From Psychrobacter cryohalolentis K5 (GTDB lineage Bacteria; Pseudomonadota; Gammaproteobacteria; Pseudomonadales; Moraxellaceae): a stretch of 32,000 bases of DNA. A program made the translations under genes and the position numbers. The stretch spans positions 1,290,001-1,322,000 of the forward strand of contig NC_007969.1 in NCBI RefSeq assembly GCF_000013905.1. Direction: 5' to 3'. Under the pieces are notes generated by a model. It did not search any database. It saw only the letters and a list, made by a program, of their open reading frames with translations, and had not been told where the DNA came from. Below, one piece after another: positions 25,077 to 32,000 of this stretch (position 1 is the stretch's first letter; the number at the start of each line of letters is the position of its first letter).

Positions 25077-26621
25077 TTAAGTGGAAGCTTCTGTAAATTC
25101 TGTGGGCTTCTTATCCATTTTAATGTCAATGATTTGTGCTTTTGCTTTACCGTCTTTTAGGACGATATGAATGGTCTGCTCCGGGTAAAGCTGGTTGCTA
25201 CTGGTCAGTATTCGTTGGTCCTGTTCATCAGTCAGCATGCTATAGCCTTGCTTAAGCACGCGAGACGGTCGATGCAAGAGTACAATATCACGCAGATGTG
25301 CGCTATCACGCTGCGCTTGTATTAACTGCTGCTGAGCACTTTGCATAATAATTTTCTGATGATTTTTACTATAAGTAGAGGCGAGTGAAAGTTGTTGATA
25401 AGCAGAGGCTTGAGTCTGTATATGCAGCTCGCTTGCTTGTCTGGCAGCTTGTTTCACTTGACGATGTGCACTTTGTTGGATACTACGCCACGCATAAGCA
25501 CTGTCTTTTTGTAGTGCCGTTAATTGACCAATGGTTTGCGATTGTATTTGGCTCAATTGGCGCGCAGTTTGTTGTTCAGCGGTATTTAATTGACGCTGCG
25601 CTGCTTGTTTGATTTGCATTTGATATTGCAGTGTCTGAGTGACCAGCTGTGCTAAATGTGCCATGATAGCCGCAATGACTTTTGATGGCGTATCAAAGCT
25701 AGTATGAGCCACTTCATCTAAGATAACTTTGTCACGCTCATGACCAATCCCAACCCAAACAGGGACAGGTTGCTCAGCGACTAAAGCAGCAAGCTCATAA
25801 TCATTAAGGTAAGCCAAATCACCAACAGCGCCGCCACCACGGATAATTACTAATAAATCTGGAAGGCGCTGATAAGTATTTTCAAATTGCTGCTGAGCAC
25901 TGATGATTGCTTGACGAATCTCCGCTGGGGCATGATTACCTTGAAAAGTGGCGTTATGATAATGGAAATGACAAGCGCCTGTACTAGCGAGTCTGTTGGC
26001 GTCCGCTTGAAAATCGCCTAGCCCTGCGGCTTTTTCAGGAGCGATGACCAACACCTGCTCGATATCAAACGGAGTTGGCAACTGCTGATTCAGGTTTAAT
26101 AATCCTTCACCTGCCAAGCGGTCAACCATCTCAGCATATTGACGCGCTAAATCGCCTAACGTATAGCTTGGGTCAATATCTTCAATGGTGAGAGAGAAGC
26201 CGTATTGCGCATGGAAACCTGCCGATACCTTTAATAAAACCGTCAAATCGCGATCCAGTGGCATACCCGTTGCGCGCTCAAACTTGGCTAAAACCCGCGC
26301 CGCTTTAAAGCGCCAAAGGTTACCACGGCAGCTGGCAATGACTTTGCCGTCGTCATCTTTTTCTGCCAATTCAAAATAATAATGCCCACCTTTGCTAGAT
26401 AAATTTCGTATCTCAGCTTTGACCCAAACACGGTGATTAAAAGTTTGCTTGATCACCATATCGACCGCTGATAAGTAATCACTAAGGCGCAGGACAGTAT
26501 CTTCTAAGTTATTTTCTACACTGTTTTCTTGTTCTGCCAATTCCGCCTCCAAGGTCGCTAAATCTTTGGCAGGCGCTAATACTTTAATTTGCTTGGTATT
26601 TGACAGGTTGGGTTTGCGCAT
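25077..26621 (-). CDS. xseA: Exodeoxyribonuclease VII large subunit
   Basis: An N-terminal OB-fold block (VWVKAEIRNLSSKGGHYYFEL) and the catalytic core (IIRGGGAVGDLAYLND, VGIGHERD) are followed by a long Q-rich coiled-coil C-terminus. 58-nt gap to xseB. Confidence 0.92.
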   Translation of the reverse strand: MRKPNLSNTKQIKVLAPAKDLATLEAELAEQENSVENNLEDTVLRLSDYLSAVDMVIKQTFNHRVWVKAEIRNLSSKGGHYYFELAEKDDDGKVIASCRGNLWRFKAARVLAKFERATGMPLDRDLTVLLKVSAGFHAQYGFSLTIEDIDPSYTLGDLARQYAEMVDRLAGEGLLNLNQQLPTPFDIEQVLVIAPEKAAGLGDFQADANRLASTGACHFHYHNATFQGNHAPAEIRQAIISAQQQFENTYQRLPDLLVIIRGGGAVGDLAYLNDYELAALVAEQPVPVWVGIGHERDKVILDEVAHTSFDTPSKVIAAIMAHLAQLVTQTLQYQMQIKQAAQRQLNTAEQQTARQLSQIQSQTIGQLTALQKDSAYAWRSIQQSAHRQVKQAARQASELHIQTQASAYQQLSLASTYSKNHQKIIMQSAQQQLIQAQRDSAHLRDIVLLHRPSRVLKQGYSMLTDEQDQRILTSSNQLYPEQTIHIVLKDGKAKAQIIDIKMDKKPTEFTEAST

Positions 26622-26710
26622 AATAATAGACCAAAGATAGTGAGGGCTTAGAGACCAGCTAGGTGAGGTAAAAGATAAGATAAGGTAGTTTAACCTAAAA
26701 GCCTCTACAC

Positions 26711-26771
26711 AAAAAGCAAAGCCAACAAGCAGCGATTGATATTATATCTTTATCGCAAGCTTATTGGCTTT
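26711..26771 (-). terminator. Intrinsic terminator downstream of the small lipoprotein gene
   Basis: On the minus strand, an interrupted stem AAAGCCAA..AAGC..GCGAT / ATCGC..GCTT..TTGGCTTT is followed by GCTTTTTG, about 50 nt past the stop. Confidence 0.55.
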
Positions 26772-26820
26772 AAGTTATCGCTAATACACTACATATATAA
26801 CTGCAGCTTTATGACATAAC

Positions 26821-27189
26821 CTACTGACAGCGGAAACTGATCATATACTCATAGTCATCATCACGTGATAAATTTGGTGAGCCTGTGCCAAGAATAGTAC
26901 CGAGCACGGCACTCGCTTGACCAATCATACGCCCTGTACTCTCATTTAAGATGCCATTATATTTCACTTGATCCTCAACGATAATTACTTGTTTGCCTCG
27001 GCAAGTAGTCTTAGCACTATCTAGTGCGTTTTGCTGAGCTTTTATCTTGGTCTTGGCAATACCAGTTGTTTCATAAATAGAGTTGGCACGTTGAATAACG
27101 GGCGATGAAGGCGTGGTTTGACAGGCACTCAAAGTGAGGGCAGCGACTAAGGTGGCTGCTAAGGTAGCCGTTTTATTAAAAGTCTTCAT
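26821..27189 (-). CDS. Small lipoprotein of unknown function (122 aa)
   Basis: Signal peptide with lipobox LTLSAC. AGGAAA SD. Two further Cys residues (TTCRGK and C-terminal FRCQ) suggest a disulfide. Confidence 0.7.
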   Translation of the reverse strand: MKTFNKTATLAATLVAALTLSACQTTPSSPVIQRANSIYETTGIAKTKIKAQQNALDSAKTTCRGKQVIIVEDQVKYNGILNESTGRMIGQASAVLGTILGTGSPNLSRDDDYEYMISFRCQ

Positions 27190-27556
27190 AAGTATTTCCT
27201 AATTCCGATAAAGTAAAAATGAAAGCATGAACTTAAAAGTGACACACAAATACGTTAAAGCTTTTATCAAACGATGAATTTACCCTATTGATATATTGAG
27301 TGTCTAGACGGTTATTGTGTTCGATATTGCGCTTGTATTACCTACCGAAATAGACAGCTATAAAGGTGCGCTAAGTTTGCCCAAAAGTCATAAGTAATGT
27401 CTGTCTGAAGCAATATCTGTCTGCTATATTTTTTTGACAATTTTCTATGATTAATAGTAAAAATTCGACAGATAGCGGCAATACACAGCAAATCACTTGA
27501 AATATAAACCATATCTAGGATAATTGAGCTATTCATTCTTAACTAATAAGTATTAT

Positions 27557-28216
27557 ATGCAATTGATTCCCGCTCCTGCTGGCGTGTTAGAAGTTGACGC
27601 GCTTTGGCAACAAGACAATTCTAATGATCCAAATACGGATACCGTTGCGCTGCTTTGCCATCCCAATCCGTTGTTCGATGGCACGATGAATAATAAAGTG
27701 GTGACGACCATGTACCGCTTTGCTCGTGATAATGGTATGCACGTGGTACGTTTTAACTTTCGTGGTGTTGGACAATCGACCGGTGAGCATGATTATGCTG
27801 ATGGGGAAGTAGTTGATGCAATGACCGTGCTACAATGGATTGCTGAGCAAACTCCGGCACGCAAATTGTGGCTTGGCGGCTTCTCTTTTGGTGGTTATGT
27901 GACAGCGCGTGTGGCTGAGCAAGTATTGGTATCACCTCATATATGGGGACTGGATGATTTTGAAATATCTAAGATTGCTCTCATTGCTCCCTCAGTCGAA
28001 AAAAATGACAGCAGTGATATAGACTTACCTGCTGATAAAACCTTTGAGATTTATGGTAATGCAGATGAAGTCATCGACCCTGATAATATGCAAGAATTTG
28101 CTGATCGACTGGGCATTCCTGTGAGCGTTGTTGATGGCGCAGGACACTTTTTCCATGGGCGCTTGTCTGAGCTGAAAAAGCTTTTGGAGCAGCATACGTA
28201 TAACGGCGACATATAG
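27557..28216 (+). CDS. Alpha/beta-fold hydrolase (COG2945-like, about 220 aa)
   Basis: Nucleophile elbow GGFSFGG, a C-terminal DGAGHFFHG block with the catalytic His, and FNFRGVGQSTG. The ORF track starts at TTG 27524. ATG 27557 (MQLIPAPAGVLEV) gives the usual family length. The start is uncertain. Confidence 0.78.
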   Translation: MQLIPAPAGVLEVDALWQQDNSNDPNTDTVALLCHPNPLFDGTMNNKVVTTMYRFARDNGMHVVRFNFRGVGQSTGEHDYADGEVVDAMTVLQWIAEQTPARKLWLGGFSFGGYVTARVAEQVLVSPHIWGLDDFEISKIALIAPSVEKNDSSDIDLPADKTFEIYGNADEVIDPDNMQEFADRLGIPVSVVDGAGHFFHGRLSELKKLLEQHTYNGDI

Positions 28217-28444
28217 TATTAGCTACAGATCGCTTGATACTCTTTAAGCTACCTAAAATAGCTTTGCGCTAATCAGTATTGTTAAGAGTTAACGGATTAT
28301 TTTTACAACCTTAAGCTGTGTTAACCTAAAGAATGGTTGTGATAAGCCATTCTGATAAACCAGTTGCTACTATCTCAGTGTAAAAATCATAAGTTAGTAG
28401 CGATTGTCGGTATTAATACTTTATTCTGATATTTATTTTGTTTA

Positions 28445-29566
28445 ATGATGAGTCGTATTATGAGTTTATCTCCCTTACAGCGTTATGAGCAAGCCATCAG
28501 CACGGATGAGTTTACTCGTGATGAGCAGCAGTATTTGGCGATGAGTTACTTGGATGGTCTTTACCATCAGCTCAATGATAACGCGGTACAGAAAAAAGGC
28601 TTTTTTAGTTTTTTAAAAGCAAAACCTGTTGCACCCAAAGGTTTGTATATGTGGGGCGGGGTAGGACGTGGTAAAACATGGATGATGGACATGTTTTATG
28701 ATTCATTGACCATTGAGCGCAAGATGCGTCAACATTTTCATCATTTTATGCAGCGGGTACATCAAGAGCTATATAAGCTGCAAGGCGAGAGCGACCCGTT
28801 AGAAAAAGTCGCTGATATCATCTATGCTGAAGCGGTGATTATCTGTTTTGATGAGTTTTTTGTCTCTAACGTCTCTGATGCGATGATTTTGGGTGATTTG
28901 TTCACCATGCTATTCAATCGCGGTATTACCTTGGTAGCGACATCAAATATTGAGCCATCTGGACTCTATAAAGATGGCTTGCACCGAGATCGCTTTATGC
29001 CAGCTATTGCCGAAGTTGAGAAGCATACCAGCGTTATGAATATCGACTCCGGTATTGATTATCGCTTGCGTGTACTGCAACAAGCTGAGCTATACGAGTC
29101 GCCCATGACCAAAGCCAATCATCACTGGCTCGCCAACCGTTTTGCCAGCTTGTCTAACAATCAAAAATTCAGTAATGAGCCTATCACTGTTAATGGTCGT
29201 GAAATCAGGATTAATGCGCGTACCGATGACATCTTATTTTGCGACTTCCGTCATTTATGCATGGAGCCGCGGTCGGCATCTGATTTTATTGAAATCGCTA
29301 AGCAGTTCAGCACCGTACTTATCAATGCCGTACCAGCGCTCGATGATGATTTGCGGGATCCAACACGACGTTTTATTTATTTAGTTGATGAGTTTTATGA
29401 TCGCCGTGTCAAATTATTGGTGCGCGCGCAACAGCCGATTCTTGAGTTATATCAAGGACAAAAACTGGCGTTCGAGATTGAACGTACACGTTCGCGCCTG
29501 CTTGAGATGCAGTCAGAAGATTATCTGAAAATGGAGCATCGTACTGAAGATTCGGATGCAGCATAG
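28445..29566 (+). CDS. zapE: Cell division factor ZapE / AFG1-family ATPase
   Basis: Walker A GGVGRGKTWMMD preceded by GLYMWG, and Walker B ICFDEFFV. Overall collinear with E. coli ZapE (YhcM). Three in-frame ATGs lie at 28445, 28448 and 28460. Confidence 0.88.
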   Translation: MMSRIMSLSPLQRYEQAISTDEFTRDEQQYLAMSYLDGLYHQLNDNAVQKKGFFSFLKAKPVAPKGLYMWGGVGRGKTWMMDMFYDSLTIERKMRQHFHHFMQRVHQELYKLQGESDPLEKVADIIYAEAVIICFDEFFVSNVSDAMILGDLFTMLFNRGITLVATSNIEPSGLYKDGLHRDRFMPAIAEVEKHTSVMNIDSGIDYRLRVLQQAELYESPMTKANHHWLANRFASLSNNQKFSNEPITVNGREIRINARTDDILFCDFRHLCMEPRSASDFIEIAKQFSTVLINAVPALDDDLRDPTRRFIYLVDEFYDRRVKLLVRAQQPILELYQGQKLAFEIERTRSRLLEMQSEDYLKMEHRTEDSDAA

Positions 29567-29748
29567 ATTTTATTCAATTCTTTAAATATTAAAAACCAGT
29601 TGTTGTCCAATACTGTTGGCTACTCTATAACAATATAGCAGCAGCTGGGTTGTTTCTACTTATATCCCATAAAACTATAATAATATTACCTATAATAGGC
29701 AAATGTGCCTAACCGCTAAACACTTATAATAATGAATAAGGATAGACC

Positions 29749-30408
29749 ATGAGTACCTCTGAAAAGAGTCACAACCATAATAATGATGAGCCAAATAATA
29801 CCGAAAGTCCGATAGTAACCAACTCACAAGTGACCGATGAACAACTGATCAATTGGATTAAATCGAGGCGCAGTATCGGTAATCTGAGTATCCCTGCACC
29901 GACAGAAAGCCAGATAAAAGCCGCTATCGATTGCGCAGTGACTGCCCCAGATCATAAGAAACTACAGCCATGGCGCTTTATCGTCACACAGGGTAATGCT
30001 CGTCATGAGCTAGGTCGTGCATTTTTGGTGGCAGCTGAAGCCAAAGCAGCACAAGAAGGCGATACCCTATCTGAAAAAGATCGGCAAAAAACTTATAATA
30101 TGCCATTACGTGCACCCGTTATTATTACTGTCGTCACACAAATGCAAGCGCATAAAAAAGTACCACCCTTTGAACAGATGCTTAGTGCGGGTGCGGTGGT
30201 TCAAAACCTCATCTTAGCGCTAAAGGCACAAGGTTTTAGTACGGTATGGCGTACTGGGTTACTTTGTAATGAGCCTGCTGTTAAAGCATATTTCGATGTA
30301 AGTGCAGATGATTATGTTACGGCTTTTGTTTATACCGGCACCAGCACTTGTGATATGCCAACGCGCAAGCCGATTGATATTGAACCACTGACGCGCTTTG
30401 AGCAATAA
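29749..30408 (+). CDS. ydjA: NAD(P)H nitroreductase family protein, YdjA-like, with an N-terminal extension of about 35 aa
   Basis: RRSIGNL, APDHKKLQPWRF, MPLRAPVIITVV, HKKVPPFEQMLSAGAV and GFSTVWRTG blocks are collinear with E. coli YdjA as I remember it. AAGGA SD supports the upstream ATG. Confidence 0.85.
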   Translation: MSTSEKSHNHNNDEPNNTESPIVTNSQVTDEQLINWIKSRRSIGNLSIPAPTESQIKAAIDCAVTAPDHKKLQPWRFIVTQGNARHELGRAFLVAAEAKAAQEGDTLSEKDRQKTYNMPLRAPVIITVVTQMQAHKKVPPFEQMLSAGAVVQNLILALKAQGFSTVWRTGLLCNEPAVKAYFDVSADDYVTAFVYTGTSTCDMPTRKPIDIEPLTRFEQ

Positions 30409-30567
30409 AAGTCTTTATTGCATAATATAGTGGGCAACCAAGAGCATAGCTAAGTAATGACTTAACGAGAATGGCTGTTTGGCTGAGCTAGTAGCCTAAA
30501 AAATACTGTTAATTTGTACAAATAATTGTTCATACATTTTGCTGCGCTCACTGTATACTCAGCATAA

Positions 30568-31902
30568 ATGAATTTATCACAAAGTCAGTTAATTCGGATA
30601 AAACATATGATAAGCGCTAATGACAAAAGCACAGATACCAACGTAGACAGCACTCAAGCTGAGCAAAAAATAGCTGAAAAACAAAATAAATTGTTATCTG
30701 GTATCATTGAGCGTGCTACCAAATCTAGTCTTGGACGTAAAAAGTTAAATCCAAGTGTGGTGGAATCTGCCGTAGCAAAAAAAATGGAAGAGATACATAA
30801 AAATCCGACCAAGCTGCGTTTAGTAGTATTAGGCGGCGGTAGCTTTGGCACCGCCATGGCAAACTTAGCGGCACGCAATGGCTGCGATACCACGCTGTGG
30901 GTGCGCAACAAGCGTACGGTCAAAGCGATGGCAAAATCGCAAATGAATAAAAAATACTTGCCAGGCTATAAGCTTGATGACCGCCTAAAATACAGTCATG
31001 AGCTGCAAGCCGCAGTCAAAGATACGGATATTATCTTCATTGCCGTACCGGGATTGGCGTTTCGCGAAACGCTTAAAAGTATCGCCCCTTTTATTAGTGG
31101 GCAGTCTATTGTTTCTTTGACCAAAGGGATGGAAAAAGACACTTTTTCTCTGATGAGTGACATCATCAAAGACGAGCTACCTGAAGTAAATTTTGGCGTG
31201 ATGTCTGGTCCAAATCTTGCTATAGAAATTATGAAAAACATGCCTTCTGCCACGGTAATCGCTAGTGAATCTGAACCACTGCGTCATGCCGTACAAGCGG
31301 CATTACATAGTGCTTTCTTTAGAGTATTTGCTAGTGATGATATCCGCGGTGTTGAGCTTGGCGGCGCGTTAAAGAATATTTATGCCATTGCTATGGGTAT
31401 GGCAGCTGCTTACGAGGTTGGTGAAAATACCAAAGCGATGATATTGACCCGTGGCTTAGCAGAGATGAGTCGCTTTGGTGTACATGCTGGTGCCAATCCG
31501 CTGACCTTTTTAGGGTTATCAGGTGTCGGGGATTTATATGCCACTTGTAGCTCCGAGTTAAGTCGTAATTATCGTATTGGTAATATGCTTGGTCGTGGTA
31601 TGACGATTGATGCAGCGGTCAAAAAATTGGGACAAACTGCTGAAGGTGTGAATACCATTCAGCAAGTACATGAAAAAGCCACTAAAGAAGGCATTTATAT
31701 GCCTATTACTCATGCGTTATATGCCGTCATTTATGAAGACAAAGCGGCGCTTGGTGTTGCCCTGCATTTGATGGAAGCAGGCTTTCGTAGTGATGTTGAA
31801 TTTGTCATGGAGCACGACCACAGTAATGCTTCGCTGACCGCGCAAATGCAAACTGCAAACAGCCAATCAAAAGAGGATAAAAGTAAGCAGGGTAATAAGT
31901 AA
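30568..31902 (+). CDS. gpsA: NAD(P)H-dependent glycerol-3-phosphate dehydrogenase with long N- and C-terminal extensions
   Basis: Rossmann motif LVVLGGGSFGTAMA, GPNLAIEI, LGGALKNIYAIAMG, GDLYATCSS..SRNYRIG and TAEGV blocks. The maximal ORF is 444 aa against about 340 aa for typical GpsA. Alternative starts are ATG 30607 and ATG 30784. Confidence 0.9.
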   Translation: MNLSQSQLIRIKHMISANDKSTDTNVDSTQAEQKIAEKQNKLLSGIIERATKSSLGRKKLNPSVVESAVAKKMEEIHKNPTKLRLVVLGGGSFGTAMANLAARNGCDTTLWVRNKRTVKAMAKSQMNKKYLPGYKLDDRLKYSHELQAAVKDTDIIFIAVPGLAFRETLKSIAPFISGQSIVSLTKGMEKDTFSLMSDIIKDELPEVNFGVMSGPNLAIEIMKNMPSATVIASESEPLRHAVQAALHSAFFRVFASDDIRGVELGGALKNIYAIAMGMAAAYEVGENTKAMILTRGLAEMSRFGVHAGANPLTFLGLSGVGDLYATCSSELSRNYRIGNMLGRGMTIDAAVKKLGQTAEGVNTIQQVHEKATKEGIYMPITHALYAVIYEDKAALGVALHLMEAGFRSDVEFVMEHDHSNASLTAQMQTANSQSKEDKSKQGNK

Positions 31903-32000
31903 TAAGAGGTTGTTAGCGCAATAGCAATAGCGTGTCACTAAAAGAGAGTTACTTATAATTTGAACTGGCGATATAACAACAATAAAAAAGGCTGATAACT

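Noticed and set aside
24773-26621. xseA-xseB adjacency as something unusual
   Set aside because: The two genes are separated in E. coli, but contiguous xseA-xseB operons are common in many bacteria. This is an ordinary arrangement.
27342-27536. 64-aa minus-strand ORF in the divergent region between the lipoprotein and hydrolase genes
   Set aside because: It lies in an AT-rich promoter region, has no SD, and has an Ile/Leu/Ser/Cys-rich product with no motif. It also overlaps the likely 5' end of the hydrolase gene.
1-32000. Window-wide scan for tRNA, rRNA, tmRNA, transposase, integrase, phage, restriction-modification, toxin-antitoxin or other defence genes
   Set aside because: No cloverleaf-like or rRNA-like sequence and no corresponding protein motifs were found. 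All long ORFs are accounted for by housekeeping or transport functions apart from the two orphans listed.

Overview
This 32-kb window reads as ordinary chromosomal core from an AT-leaning gammaproteobacterium. The gene content points to a Psychrobacter-like member of the Moraxellaceae: an Acr1-type acyl-CoA reductase, a Neisseria PilB-type Trx-MsrA-MsrB fusion, and unusually long GpsA and LipB. That attribution is inference from my recollection of these families and is not verified. I can support 25 protein-coding genes. They are a truncated serine hydrolase, an NhaP-type antiporter, ilvD, a HIT protein, a BetT-like BCCT transporter, dusB, an acr1-like SDR, TerC, DedA, ppa, lipB, an aldehyde dehydrogenase, a two-gene betaine-type ABC importer, msrAB, pncB, xseA, xseB, a small lipoprotein, an alpha/beta hydrolase, zapE, a ydjA-like nitroreductase, gpsA and two orphan proteins. 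Several clear intrinsic terminators are also present. I see no rRNA, tRNA, CRISPR array, transposase, integrase, phage gene or recognisable defence or toxin gene, and I did not find a convincing novel multi-gene system. The main structure the gene map does not explain is a pair of same-orientation, 140-150 bp palindromic MITE-like elements at 20639-20790 and 23274-23414. They bracket the msrAB locus, share two identical core blocks, and their main stems differ only by fully compensatory substitutions. Secondary observations are a GGTACA/GATACA hexanucleotide repeat upstream of msrAB, His/Asn-rich low-complexity tails and insertions in several housekeeping enzymes, a terminator hairpin abutting the dusB start, short tandem repeats at two 5' regions, and two long featureless intergenic regions. 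All homology statements rest on motifs I recognise by eye. No database search was run.
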